Source: Antedon mediterranea
Taxonomy: Eukaryota > Animalia > Echinodermata
Assembly (NCBI RefSeq): GCF_964355755.1
Contig: NC_092670.1
Coordinates: 28,260,388-28,324,387 of the forward strand
DNA length: 64,000 bases
Direction of reading: 5' to 3'
This document shows positions 1 through 15,000 of the stretch, piece by piece (the first letter of the stretch is position 1; each line of letters opens with the position of its first letter). The notes beneath the pieces were generated by a model that worked only from the letters and a program-made list of their open reading frames with translations, was not told the DNA's origin and searched no databases. The position numbers were made by a program, and so were the translations under genes.

Positions 1-3000
1 TTTGTGTGAAAAGTTTTATCGAAATGCTCAAAATGGTCTAAAACGGTTTCTAATGTGATTTTAAGCACTTTGATGTTTTTATGTTAACAACTTTTTTAGA
101 AAATTACAAAATGGTGTAAAACGTCTCCAAATGCGATTTGAAGCTATTCTAAGCAATTTCATGTTTTTATGTTAACAAGTTTTTTCGAAAATCACAAAAT
201 GGTCTAAAACGTCTCCAAATGCGATTTGAAGCTATTCTAAGCACTTTTGTGTTTTTATGTTAACAAGTTTTTTCGAAAATCACAAAATGGTCTAAAATGT
301 CTCCAAATGCGATTTTAAGGTATTCTAAGCACTTTGGTGTTTTTATGTTAACAAGTTTTTTCGAAAATCACAAAATGGTCTAAAACGTCTCCAAATGCGA
401 TTTGAAGCTATTCTAAGCACTTTGGTGTTTTTATGTTAACAAGTTTTTTCGAAAATCACAAAATGGTGTAAAACTTCTCCAAATACGATTTTAAGCTATT
501 CTAAGCAATTTGGTGTTTTTATGTTAACAAGTTTTTTCGAAAATCACAAAATGGTATAAAACGTCTCCAAATACGATTTGAAGCAATTCTAAGCACTTTG
601 GTGTTTTTATGTTAACAAGTTTTTTCGAAAATTACAAAATGGTATAAAACGTCTCCAAATGCGATTTGAAGATTTTCTAAGCACTTTGGTGTTTTTATGT
701 TTACAAGTTTTTTCGAAAATCACAAAATGGTCTAAAACGTCTCCAAATGCGATTTGAAGCTATTCTGTACACTTTGCTGTTTTGTGTGAATAATTTTGTC
801 AAAATGCTCAAAATGGTCAAAAACGTTTTTAAATACTATATTAAGCTATTTTGTGTTCTTTGATGTTTTTGTGTGAAAAGTTTTATCGAAATGCTCAAAA
901 TGGTCTAAAACGGTTTCTAATGAAATGATTTTAAGAACTTTGATGTTTTTATGTTAAGAACTTTTTTAGAAAATCACAAAATGGTCTAAAACGTCTACAA
1001 ATGCGATTTGAAGCTATTCTAAGCACTTTGGTGTTTTTATGTTAACAAGTCTTTTCGAAAATCACAAAATGGTATAAAACGTCTCCAAATGAGATTTTAA
1101 GGTATTCTAAGCACTTTGGTGTTTTTATGTTAACAAGTTTTTTCGAAAATCACAAAATGGTCTAAAACGTCTACAAATGCGATTTGAAGCTATTCTAAGC
1201 ACTTTGGTGTTTTTATGTTAACAAGTTTTTTCGAAAATCACAAAATGGTCTAAAACGTCTCCAAATGCGATTTGAAGCTATTCTGTACACTTTGCTGTTT
1301 TGTGTGAATAATTTTTGTCGAAATGCTCAAAATGGTCAAAAACGTTTTTAAATACAATATTAAGCTATTTTGTGCTCTTTGATGTTTTTGTGTGAAAAGT
1401 TTTATCGAAATGCTCAAAATGGTCTAAAACGGTTTCTAATGTGATTTTAAGCACTTTGATGTTTTTATGTTAACAACTTTTTTAGAAAATCACAAAATGG
1501 TCTAAAACGTCTCCAAATGCGATTTGAAGCAATTCTAAGCACTTTGGTGTTTTTATGGTAACGAGTTTTTTTGAATATCACAAAATGGTCTAAAATGTCT
1601 CCAAATGCGATTTGAAGCTATTCTGTACACTTTGATGTTTTTTTGTTAACAAGTTTTTTCGAAAGTCACAAAATGGTCTAAAACGTCTCCAAATGCGATT
1701 TGAAGCTATTCTAAGCACTTTGGTGTTTTTATGTTAACAAGTTTTTTCGAAAATCACAAAATGGTGTAAAACGTCTCCAAATGCGATTTGAAGCTATTCT
1801 AAGCACTTTGGTGTTTTTATGTTAACAAGTTTTTTCGAAAATCACAAAATGGTGTAAAACTTCTCCAAATACGATTTTAAGCTATTCTAAGCAATTTGGT
1901 GTTTTTATGTTAACAAGTTTTTTCGAAAATCACAAAATGGTCTAAAACGTCTCCAAATGCGATTTGAAGCTATTCTGTACACTTTGCTGTTTTGTGTGAA
2001 TAATTTTTGTTGAAATGCTCAAAATGGTCAAAAACGTTTTTAAATACGATATTAAGCTATTTTGTGCTCTTTGATGTTTTTGTGTGAAAAGTTTTATCGA
2101 AATGCTCAAAATGGTCTAAAACGGTTTCTAATGTGATTTTAAGCACTTTGATGTTTTTATGTTAACAACTTTTTTAGAAAATTACAAAATTGTGTAAAAC
2201 GTCTCCAAATGCGATTTGAAGCTATTCTAAGCAATTTCGTGTTTTTATGTTAACAAGTTTTTTCGAAAATCACAAAATGGTCTAAAACGTCTCCAAATGC
2301 GATTTGAAGCTATTCTAAGCACTTTTGTGTTTTTATGTTAACAAGTTTTTTCGAAAATCACAAAATGGTCTAAAATGTCTCCAAATGCGATTTTAAGGTA
2401 TTCTAAGCACTTTGGTGTTTTTATGTTAACAAGTTTTTTCGAAAATCACAAAATGGTCTAAAACGTCTACAAATGCGATTTGAAGCTATTCTAAGCACTT
2501 TGGTGTTTTTATGTTAACAAGTTTTTTCGAAAATTACAAAATGGTATAAAACGTCTCCAAATGCGATTTGAAGATTTTCTAAGCACTTTGGTGTTTTTAT
2601 GTTTACAAGTTTTTTCGAAAATCACAAAATGGTCTAAAACGTCTCCAAATGCGATTTGAAGCTATTCTGTACACTTTGCTGTTTTGTGTGAATAATTTTG
2701 TCAAAATGCTCAAAATGGTCAAAAACGTTTTTAAATACTATATTAAGCTATTTTGTGTTCTTTGATGTTTTTGTGTGAAAAGTTTTATCGAAATGCTCAA
2801 AATGGTCTAAAACGGTTTCTAATGAAATGATTATAAGATGTTTTGATGTTTTTATGTTAACAACTTTTTTAGAAAATCACAAAATGGTCTAAAACGTCTC
2901 CAAATGCGATTTGAAGCAATTCTAAGCACTTTGGTGTTTTTATGTTAACAAGTTTTTTCGAAAATCACAAAATGGTATAAAACCTCTCCAAATGCGATTT

Positions 3001-6000
3001 TAAGGTATTCTAAGCACTTTGGTGTTTTTATGTTAACAAGTTTTTTCGAAAATCACAAAATGGTCTAAAACGTCTACAAATGCGATTTGAAGCTATTCTA
3101 AGCACTTTGGTGTTTTTATGTTAACAAGTTTTTTCGAAAATTACAAAATGGTATAAAACGTCTCCAAATGCGATTTGAAGATTTTCTAAGCACTTTGGTG
3201 TTTTTATGTTTACAAGTTTTTTCGAAAATCACAAAATGGTCTAAAACGTCTCCAAATGCGATTTGAAGCTATTCTGTACACTTTGCTGTTTTGTGTGAAT
3301 AATTTTGTCAAAATGCTCAAAATGGTCAAAAACGTTTTTAAATACTATATTAAGCTATTTTGTGTTCTTTGATGTTTTTGTGTGAAAAGTTTTATCGAAA
3401 TGCTCAAAATGGTCTAAAACGGTTTCTAATGAAATGATTATAAGATGTTTTGATGTTTTTATGTTAACAACTTTTTTAGAAAATCACAAAATGGTCTAAA
3501 ACGTCTCCAAATGCGATTTGAAGCAATTCTAAGCACTTTGGTGTTTTTATGTTAACAAGTTTTTTCGAAAATCACAAAATGGTATAAAACCTCTCCAAAT
3601 GCGATTTTAAGGTATTCTAAGCACTTTGGTGTTTTTATGTTAACAAGTTTTTTCGAAAATCACAAAATGGTCTAAAACGTCTACAAATGCGATTTGAAGC
3701 TATTCTAAGCACTTTGGTGTTTTTATGTTAACAAGTTTTTTCGAAAATCACAAAATGGTATAAAACGTCTCCAAATGAGATTTTAAGGTATTCTAAGCAC
3801 TTTGGTGTTTTTATGTTAACAAGTTTTTTCGAAAATCACAAAATGGTCTAAAACGTCTACAAATGCGATTTGAAGCTATTCTAAGCACTTTGGTGTTTTT
3901 ATGTAAACAAGTTTTTTCGAAAATCACAAAATGGTCTAAAACGTCTCCAAATGCGATTTGAAGCTATTCTGTACACTTTGCTGTTTTGTGTGAATAATTT
4001 TTGTCGAAATGCTCAAAATGGTCAAAAACGTTTTTAAATACGATATTAAGCTATTTTGTGCTCTTTGATGTTTTTGTGTGAAAAGTTTTATCGAAATGCT
4101 CAAAATGGTCTAAAACGGTTTCTAATGTGATTTTAAGCACTTTGATGTTTTTATGTTAACAACTTTTTTAGAAAATCACAAAATGGTCTAAAACGTCTCC
4201 AAATGCGATTTGAAGCAATTCTAAGCACTTTGGTGTTTTTATGGTAACGAGTTTTTTTGAATATCACAAAATGGTCTAAAATGTCTCCAAATGCGATTTG
4301 AAGCTATTCTGTACACTTTGATGTTTTTTTGTTAACAAGTTTTTTCGAAAGTCACAAAATGGTCTAAAACGTCTCCAAATGCGATTTGAAACTATTCTAA
4401 GCACTTTGGTGTTTTTATGTTAACAAGTTTTTTCGAAAATCACAAAATGGGGTAAAACGTCTCCAAATGCGATTTGAAGCAATTCTAAGCACTTTGGTGT
4501 TTTTATGTTAACAAGTTTTTTCGAAAATCACAAAATGGTGTAAAACTTCTCCAAATACGATTTTAAGCTATTCTAAGCAATTTGGTGTTTTTATGTTAAC
4601 AAGTTTTTTCGAAAATCACAAAATGGTCTAAAACGTCTCCAAATGCGATTTGAAGCTATTCTGTACACTTTGCTGTTTTGTGTGAATAATTTTTGTTGAA
4701 ATGCTCAAAATGGTCAAAAACGTTTTTAAATACTATATTAAGCTATTTTGTGCTCTTTGATGTTTTTGTGTGAAAAGTTTTATCGAAATGCTCAAAATGG
4801 TCTAAAACGGTTTCTAATGTGATTTTAAGCACTTTGATGTTTTTATGTTAACAACTTTTTTAGAAAATTACAAAATGGTGTAAAACGTCTCCAAATGCGA
4901 TTTGAAGCTATTCTAAGCACTTTGGTGTTTTTATGGTAACGAGTTTTTTTGAATATCACAAAATGGTCTAAAATGTCTCCAAATGCGATTTGAAGCTTTT
5001 CTAAGCACTTTGGTGTTTTTATGTTAACAAGTTTTTTCGAAAATCACAAAATGGTCTAAAACGTCTCCAAATGTGATTTGAAGCTATTCTAAACACTTTG
5101 GTGTTTTTATGTTAACAAGTTTTTTCGAAAATCACAAATTGGTCTAAAACGTCTCCAAATGCGATTTGAAGCTAGTTTAAGCACTTTGGTGTTTTTGTGT
5201 AACCAAGTTTTTTCGAAAATCACAAAAGGGTCTAAAATGTCTCAAAATGCGATTTGAAGCTATTCTGTACACTTTGATGTTTTTTTTGTTAACAAGTTTT
5301 TTCGAAAGTCACAAAATGGTCTAAAACGTCTCCAAATGCGATTTGAAGCTATTCTAAGCACTTTGGTGTTTTTATGTTAACAAGTTTTTTCGAAAATCAC
5401 AAAATGGTGTAAAACGTCTCCAAATGCGATTTGAAGCTATTCTAAGCAATTTGGTGTTTTTATGTTAACAAGTTTTTTCGAAAATCACAAAATGGTGTAA
5501 AACGTCTCCAAATGCGATTTTAAGCTATTCTAAGCAATTTGGGGTTTTTTTATGTTAACAAGTTTTTTCGAAAATCACAAAATGGTCTAAAACGTCTCCA
5601 AATGCGATTTGAAGCTATTCTGTACACTTTGCTGTTTTGTGAGAATAATTTTTGTCGAAATGCTCAAAATGGTCAAAAACGTTTTTAAATACGATATTAA
5701 GCTATTTTGTGCTCTTTGATGTTTTTGTGTGAAAAGTTTTATCGAAATGCTCAAAATGGTCTAAAACGGTTTCTAATGTGATTTTAAGCACTTTGGTGTT
5801 TTTATGTTAACAAGTTTTTTCGAAAATCACAAAATGGTCTAAAACGTCTCCAAATGTGATTTGAAGCTATTCAAAACACTTTGGTGTTTTTATGTTAACA
5901 AGTTTTTTCGAAAATCACAAATTGGTCTAAAACGTCTCCAAATGCGATTTGAAGTTATTTTAAGCACTTTGGTGTTTTTGTGTAACCAAGTTTTTTCGAA

Positions 6001-9000
6001 AATCACAAAAGGGTCTAAAATGTCTCAAAATGCGATTTGAAGCTATTCTGTACACTTTGATGTTTTTTTGTTAACAAGTTTTTTCGAAAGTCACAAAATG
6101 GTCTAAAACGTCTCCAAATGCGATTTGAAGCTATTCTAAGCACTTTGCTGTATTGTGTGAATAATTTTTGTCGAAATGCTCAAAATGGTCAAAAACGTTT
6201 TTAAATACGATATTAAGCTATTTTGTGCTCTTTGATGTTTTTGTGTGAAAAGTTTTATCGAAATGCTCAAAATGGTCTAAAACGGTTTCTAATGTGATTT
6301 TAAGCACTTTGATGTTTTTATGTTAACAACTTTTTTAGAAAATCACAAAATGGTCTAAAACGTCTCCAAATGCGATTTGAAGCAATTCTAAGCACTTTGG
6401 TGTTTTTATGGTAACGAGTTTTTTTGAATATCACAAAATGGTCTAAAATGTCTCCAAATGCGATTTGAAGCTTTTCTAAGCACTTTGGTGTTTTTATGTT
6501 AACAAGTTTTTTCGAAAATCACAAAATGGTCTAAAACGTCTCCAAATGCGATTTGAAGCTATTCTGTACACTTTGCTGTTTTGTGTGAATAATTTTTGTC
6601 GAAATGCTCAAAATGGTCAAAAACGTTTTTAAATACGATATTAAGCTATTTTGTGCTCTTTTATGTTTTTGTGTGAAAAGTTTTATCGAAATGCTCAAAA
6701 TGGTCTAAAACGGTTTCTAATGTGATTTTAAGCACTTTGATGTTTTTATGTTAACAACTTTTTTAGAAAATCACAAAATGGTCTAAAACGTCTCCAAATG
6801 CGATTTGAAGCAATTCTAAGCACTTTGGTGTTTTTATGGTAACGAGTTTTTTTGAATATCACAAAATGGTCTAAAATGTCTCCAAATGCGATTTGAAGCT
6901 TTTCTAAGCACTTTGGTGTTTTTATGGTAACGAGTTATTTCGAAAATCACAAAATGGTCTAAAACGTCTCCAAATGCGATTTGAAGCTATTCTGTACACT
7001 TTGCGGTTTTGTGTGAATAATTTTTGTCAAAATGCTCAAAATGGTCAAAAACGTTTTTAAATACTATATTAAGCTATTTTGTGCTCTTTGATGTTTTTGT
7101 GTGAAAAGTTTTATCGAAATGCTCAAAATGGTCTAAAACGGTTTCTAATGTGATTTTAAGCACTTTGATGTTTTTATGTTAACAACTTTTTTAGAAAATT
7201 ACAAAATGGTGTAAAACGTCTCCAAATGCGATTTGAAGCTATTCTAAGCAATTTGGTGTTTTTATGTTAACAAGTTTTTTCGAAAATCACAAAATGGTCT
7301 AAAACGTCTCCAAATGCGATTTGAAGCTATTCTAAGCACTTTTGTGTTTTTATGTTAACAAGTTTTTTCGAAAATCACAAAATGGTCTAAAATGTCTCCA
7401 AATGCGATTTGAAGCTTTTCTAAGCACTTTTGTGTTTTTATGTTTACAAGTTTTTTCGAAAATCACAAAATGGTCTAAAACGTCTCCAAATGCGATTTGA
7501 AGCTATTCTGTACACTTTGCTGTTTTGTGTGAATAATTTTTGTCAAAATGCTCAAAATGGTCAAAAACGTTTTTAAATACTATATTAAGCTATTTTGTGT
7601 TCTTTGATGTTTTTATGTGAAAAGTTTTATCGAAATGCTCAAAATGGTCTAAAACGGTTTCTAATGTGATTTTAAGAACTTTGATGTTTTTATGTTAAAA
7701 ACTTTTTTAGAAAATCACAAAATGGTCTAAAACGTCTCCAAATGCGATTTGAAGCAATTCTAAGCACTTTGGTGTTTTTATGTTAACACGTTTTTTCGAA
7801 AATCACAAAATGGTCTAAAACGTCTCCAAATGCGATTTGAAGCTATTCTAAGCACTTTTGTGTTTTTATGTTAACAAGTTTTTTCGAAAATCACAAAATG
7901 GTCTAAAATGTCTCCAAATGCGATTTTAAGGTATTCTAAGCACTTTGGTGTTTTTATGTTAACAAGTTTTTTTGAAAATCACAAAATGGTCTAAAACGTC
8001 TACAAATGCGATTTGAAGCTATTCTAAGCACTTTGGTGTTTTTATGTTAACAAGTTTTTTCGAAAATCACAAAATGGTATAAAACGTCTCCAAATGCGAT
8101 TTGAAGATTTTCTAAGCACTTTGGTGTTTTTATGTTTACAAGTTTTTTCGAAAATCACAAAATGGTCTAAAACGTCTCCAAATGCGATTTGAAGCTATTC
8201 TGTACACTTTGCTGTTTTGTGTGAATAATTTTGTCAAAATGCTCAAAATGGTCAAAAACGTTTTTAAATACTATATTAAGCTATTTTGTGTTCTTTGATG
8301 TTTTTGTGTGAAAAGTTTTATCGAAATGCTCAAAATGGTCTAAAACGGTTTCTAATGAAATGATTTTAAGAACTTTGATGTTTTTATGTTAACAACTTTT
8401 TTAGAAAATCACAAAATGGTCTAAAACGTCTCCAAATGCGATTTGAAGCAATTCTAAGCACTTTGGTGTTTTTATGTTAACAAGTTTTTTCGAAAATCAC
8501 AAAATGGTATAAAACCTCTCCAAATACGATTTTAAGGTATTCTAAGCACTTTGGTGTTTTTATGTTAACAAGTTTGTTCGAAAATCACAAAATGGTCTAA
8601 AACGTCTACAAATGCGATTTGAAGCTATTCTAAGCACTTTGGTGTTTTTATGTTAACAAGTTTTTTCGAAAATCACAAAATGGTATAAAACGTCTCCAAA
8701 TGAGATTTTAAGGTATTCTAAGCACTTTGGTGTTTTTATGTTAACAAGTTTTTTCGAAAATCACAAAATGGTCTAAAACGTCTACAAATGCGATTTGAAG
8801 CTATTCTAAGCACTTTGGTGTTTTTATGTTAACAAGTTTTTTCGAAAATCACAAAATGGTATAAAACGTCTCCAAATGCGATTTTAAGCTATTCTAAGCA
8901 ATTTGGTGTTTTTATGTTAACAAGTTTTTTCGAAAATCACAAAATGGTCGAAAATGTCACAAAATGCGATTTGAAGCTATTCTAAGCACTTTGGTGTTAT

Positions 9001-12000
9001 TATGTTAACAAGTTTTTTCGAAAATCACAAATTGGTCTAAAACGTCTCCAAATGCGATTTGAAGCTATTTTAAGCACTTTGGTGTTTTTGTGTAACCAAG
9101 TTTTTTCGAAAATCACAAAAGGGTCTAAAATGTCTATAAATGCGATTTGAAGCTATTCTGTACACTTTGATGTTTTTTTGTTAACAAGTTTTTTCGAAAG
9201 TCACAAAATGGTCTAAAACGTCTCCAAATGCGATTTGAAGCTATTCTAAGCACTTTGGTGTTTTTATGTTAACAAGTTTTTTCGAAAATCACAAAATGGT
9301 GTAAAACGTCTCCAAATGCGATTTGAAGCTATTCTAAGCACTTTGGTGTTTTTATGTTAACAAGTTTTTTCGAAAATCACAAAATGGTGTAAAACTTCTC
9401 CAAATACGATTTTAAGCTATTCTAAGCAATTTGGTGTTTTTATGTTAACAAGTTTTTTCGAAAATCACAAAATGGTCTAAAACGTCTCCAAATGCGATTT
9501 GAAGCTATTCTGTACACTTTGCTGTTTTGTGTGAATAATTTTTGTTGAAATGCTCAAAATGGTCAAAAACGTTTTTAAATACTATATTAAGCTATTTTGT
9601 GTTCTTTGATGTTTTTGTGTGAAAAGTTTTATCGAAATGCTCAAAATGGTCTAAAACGGTTTCTAATGTGATTTTAAGCACTTTGGTGTTTTTATGTTAA
9701 CAAGTTTTTTCGAAAATCACAAAATGGTCTAAAATGTCTCCAAATGCGATTTGAAGCTTTTCTAAGCACTTTGGTGTTTTTATGTTAACAAGTTTTTTCG
9801 AAAATCACAAAATGGTCTAAAACGTCTCCAAATGTGATTTGAAGCTATTCTAAACACTTTGGTGTTTTTATGTTAACAAGTTTTTTCGAAAATCACAAAT
9901 TGGTCTAAAACGTCTCCAAATGCGATTTTAAGCTATTTTAAGCACTTTGGTGTTTTTGTGTAACCAAGTTTTTTCGAAAATCACAAAAGGGTCTAAAATG
10001 TCTCAAAATGCGATTTGAAGCTATTCTGTACACTTTGATGTTTTTTTGTTAACAAGTTTTTTCGAAAGTCACAAAATGGTCTAAAAAGTCTCCAAATGCG
10101 ATTTGAAGCTATTCTAAGCACTTTGGTGTTTTTATGTTAACAAGTTTTATCGAAAATCACAAAATGGTGTAAAACGTCTCCAAATGCGATTTGAAGCTAT
10201 TCTAAGCACTTTGGTGTTTTTATGTTAACAAGTTTTTTTCGAAAATCACAAAATGGTGTAAAACGTCTCCAAATGCGATTTTAAGCTATTCTAAGCAATT
10301 TGGTGTTTTTATGTTAACAAGTTTTTTCGAAAATCACAAAATGGTCTAAAACGTCTCCAAATGCGATTTGAAGCTATTCTGTACACTTTGCTGTTTTGTG
10401 AGAATAATTTTTGTCGAAATGCTCAAAATGGTCAAAAACGTTTTTAAATACGATATTAAGCTATTTTGTGCTCTTTGATGTTTTTGTGTGAAAAGTTTTA
10501 TCGAAATGCTCAAAATGGTCTAAAACGGTTTCTAATGTGATTTTAAGCACTTTGATGTTTTTATGTTAACAACTTTTTTAGAAAATTACAAAATGGTGTA
10601 AAACGTCTCCAAATGCGATTTGAAGCTATTCTAAGCAATTTCGTGTTTTTATGTTAACAAGTTTTTTCGAAAATCACAAAATGGTCTAAAACGTCTCCAA
10701 ATGCGATTTGAAGCTATTCTAAGCACTTTTGTGTTTTTATGTTAACAAGTTTTTTCGAAAATCACAAAATGGTCTAAAATGTCTCCAAATGCGATTTTAA
10801 GGTATTCTAAGCACTTTGGTGTTTTTATGTTAACAAGTTTTTTCGAAAATCACAAAATGGTCTAAAACGTCTACAAATGCGATTTGAAGCTATTCTAAGC
10901 ACTTTGGTGTTTTTATGTTAACAAGTTTTTTCGAAAATTACAAAATGGTATAAAACGTCTCCAAATGCGATTTGAAGATTTTCTAAGCACTTTGGTGTTT
11001 TTATGTTTACAAGTTTTTTCGAAAATCACAAAATGGTCTAAAACGTCTCCAAATGCGATTTGAAGCTATTCTGTACACTTTGCTGTTTTGTGTGAATAAT
11101 TTTGTCAAAATGCTCAAAATGGTCAAAAACGTTTTTAAATACTATATTAAGCTATTTTGTGTTCTTTGATGTTTTTGTGTGAAAAGTTTTATCGAAATGC
11201 TCAAAATGGTCTAAAACGGTTTCTAATGAAATGATTTTAAGAACTTTGATGTTTTTATGTTAACAACATTTTTAGAAAATCACAAAATGGTCTAAAACGT
11301 CTCCAAATGCGATTTGAAGCAATTCTAAGCACTTTGGTGTTTTTATGTTAACAAGTTTTTTCGAAAATCACAAAATGGTATAAAACCTCTCCAAATGCGA
11401 TTTTAAGGTATTCTAAGCACTTTGGTGTTTTTATGTTAACAAGTTTTTTCGAAAATCACAAAATGGTCTAAAACGTCTACAAATGCGATTTGAAGCTATT
11501 CTAAGCACTTTGGTGTTTTTATGTTAACAAGTTTTTTCGAAAATCACAAAATGGTATAAAACGTCTCCAAATGAGATTTTAAGGTATTCTAAGCACTTTG
11601 GTGTTTTTATGTTAACAAGTTTTTTCGAAAATCACAAAATGGTCTAAAACGTCTCCAAATGCGATTTGAAGCTATTCTGTACACTTTGCTGTTTTGTGTG
11701 AATAATTTTGTCAAAATGCTCAAAATGGTCAAAAACGTTTTTAAATACTATATTAAGCTATTTTGTGTTCTTTCATGTTTTTGTGTGAAAAGTTTTATCG
11801 AAATGCTCAAAATGGTCTAAAACGGTTTCTAATGAAATGATTTTAAGAACTTTGATGTTTTTATGTTAACAACTTTTTTAGAAAATCACAAAATGGTCTA
11901 AAACGTCTCCAAATGCGATTTGAAGCAATTCTAAGCACTTTGGTGTTTTTATGTTAACAAGTTTTTTCGAAAATCACAAAATGGTATAAAACCTCTCCAA

Positions 12001-15000
12001 ATGCGATTTTAAGGTATTCTAAGCACTTTGGTGTTTTTATGTTAACAAGTTTTTTCGAAAATCACAAAATGGTCTAAAACGTCTACAAATGCGATTTGAA
12101 GCTATTCTAAGCACTTTGGTGTTTTTATGTTAACAAGTTTTTTCGAAAATAACAAAATGGTATAAAACGTCTCCAAATGAGATTTTAAGGTATTCTAAGC
12201 ACTTTGGTGTTTTTATGTTAACAAGTTTTTTCGAAAATCACAAAATGGTCTAAAACGTCTACAAATGCGATTTGAAGCTATTCTAAGCACTTTGGTGTTT
12301 TTATGTTAACAAGTTTTTTCGAAAATCACAAAATGGTATAAAACGTCTCCAAATGCGATTTTAAGCTATTCTAAGCAATTTGGTGTTTTTATGTTAACAA
12401 GTTTTTTCGAAAATCACAAAATGGTCGAAAATGTCACAAAATGCGATTTGAAGCTATTCTAAGCACTTTGGTGTTATTATGTTAACAAGTTTTTTCGAAA
12501 ATCACAAATTGGTCTAAAACGTCTCCAAATGCGATTTGAAGCTATTTTAAGCACTTTGGTGTTTTTGTGTAACCAAGTTTTTTCGAAAATCACAAAAGGG
12601 TCTAAAATGTCTCAAAATGCGATTTGAAGCTATTCTGTACACTTTGATGTTTTTTTGTTAACAAGTTTTTTCGAAAGTCACAAAATGGTCTAAAACGTCT
12701 CCAAATGCGATTTGAAGCTATTCTAAGCACTTTGGTGTTTTTATGTTAACAAGTTTTTTCGAAAATCACAAAATGGTGTAAAACGTCTCCAAATGCGATT
12801 TGAAGCTATTCTAAGCACTTTGGTGTTTTTATGTTAACAAGTTTTTTCGAAAATCACAAAATGGTGTAAAACTTCTCCAAATACGATTTTAAGCTATTCT
12901 AAGCAATTTGGTGTTTTTATGTTAACAAGTTTTTTCGAAAATCACAAAATGGTCTAAAACGTCTCCAAATGCGATTTGAAGTTATTCTGTACACTTTGCT
13001 GTTTTGTGAGAATAATTTTTGTCGAAATGCTCAAAATGGTCAAAAACGTTTTTAAATACGATATTAAGCTATTTTGTGCTCTTTGATGTTTTTGTGTGAA
13101 AAGTTTTATCGAAATGCTCAAAATGGTCTAAAACGGTTTCTAATGTGATTTTAAGCACTTTGGTGTTTTTATGTTAACAAGTTTTTTCGAAAATCACAAA
13201 ATGGTCTAAAACGTCTCCAAATGTGATTTGAAGCTATTCTAAACACTTTGGTGTTTTTATGTTAACAAGTTTTTTCGAAAATCACAAATTGGTCTAAAAC
13301 GTCTCCAAATGCGATTTGAAGCTATTTTAAGCACTTTGGTGTTTTTGTGTAACCAAGTTTTTTCGAAAATCACAAAAGGGTCTAAAATGTCTCAAAATGC
13401 GATTTGAAGCTATTCTGTACACTTTGATGTTTTTTTGTTAACAAGTTTTTTCGAAAGTCACAAAATGGTCTAAAACGTCTCCAAATGCGATTTGAAGCTA
13501 TTCTAAGCACTTTGGTGTTTTTATGTTAACAAGTTTTTTCGAAAATCACAAAATGGTGTAAAACGTCTCCAAATGCGATTTGAAGCTATTCTAAGCACTT
13601 TGGTGTTTTTATGTTAACAAGTTTTTTCGAAAATCACAAAATGGTGTAAAACTTCTCCAAATACGATTTTAAGCTATTCTAAGCAATTTGGTGTTTTTAT
13701 GTTAACAAGTTTTTTCGAAAATCACAAAATGGTCTAAAACGTCTCCAAATGCGATTTGAAGCTATTCTGTACACTTTGCTGTTTTGTGTGAATAATTTTT
13801 GTTGAAATGCTCAAAATGGTCAAAAACGTTTTTAAATACTATATTAAGCTATTTTGTGTTCTTTGATGTTTTTGTGTGAAAAGTTTTATCGAAATGCTCA
13901 AAATGGTCTAAAACGGTTTCTAATGTGATTTTAAGCACTTTGATGTTTTTATGTTAATAACTTTTTTAGAAAATCACAAAATGGTCTAAAACGTCTCCAA
14001 ATGCGATTTGAAGCAATTCTAAGCACTTTGGTGTTTTTATGTTAACAAGTTTTTTCGAAAATCACAAAATGGTATAAAACGTCTCCAAATGCGATTTTAA
14101 GGTATTCTAAGCACTTTGGTGTTTTTATGTTAACAACTTTTTTAGAAAATCACAAAATGGTCTAAAACGTCTCCAAATGCGATTTGAAGCAATTCTAAGC
14201 ACTTTGGTGTTTTTATGGTAACGAGTTATTTCGAAAATCACAAAATGGTCTAAAACGTCTCCAAATGCGATTTGAAGCAATTCTAAGCACTTTGGTGTTT
14301 TTATGGTAACGAGTTATTTCGAAAATCACAAAATGGTCTAAAACGTCTCCAAATGCGATTTGAAGCTATTCTGTACACTTTGCTGTTTTGTGTGAATAAT
14401 TTTTGTTGAAATGCTCAAAATGGTCAAAAACGTTTTTAAATACTATATTAAGCTATTTTGTGTTCTTTGATGTTTTTGTGTGAAAAGTTTTATCGAAATG
14501 CTCAAAATGGTCTAAAACGGTTTCTAATGTGATTTTAAGCACTTTGATGTTTTTATGTTAACAACTTTTTTAGAAAATCACAAAATGGTCTAAAACGTCT
14601 CCAAATGCGATTTGAAGCAATTCTAAGCACTTTGGTGTTTTTATGGTAACGAGTTATTTCGAAAATCACAAAATGGTCTAAAACGTCTCCAAATGCGATT
14701 TGAAGCTATTCTGTACACTTTGCTGTTTTGTGTGAATAATTTTTGTCAAATTGCTCAAAATGTTCAAAAACGTTTTTTAATACTATATTAAGCTATTTTG
14801 TGCTCTTTGATGTTTTTGTGTGAAAAGTTTTATCGAAATGCTCAAAATGGTCTAAAACGGTTTCTAATGTGATTTTAAGCACTTTGATGTTTTTATGTTA
14901 ACAACTTTTTTAGAAAATTACAAAATGGTGTAAAACGTCTCCAAATGCGATTTGAAGCTATTCTAAGCACTTTGGTGTTTTTATGGTAACGAGTTTTTTT

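Noticed and set aside
181-200. CENP-B box in the monomer
   Set aside because: Only TTCG matches; the downstream A..CGGG core of the 17-bp box is absent.
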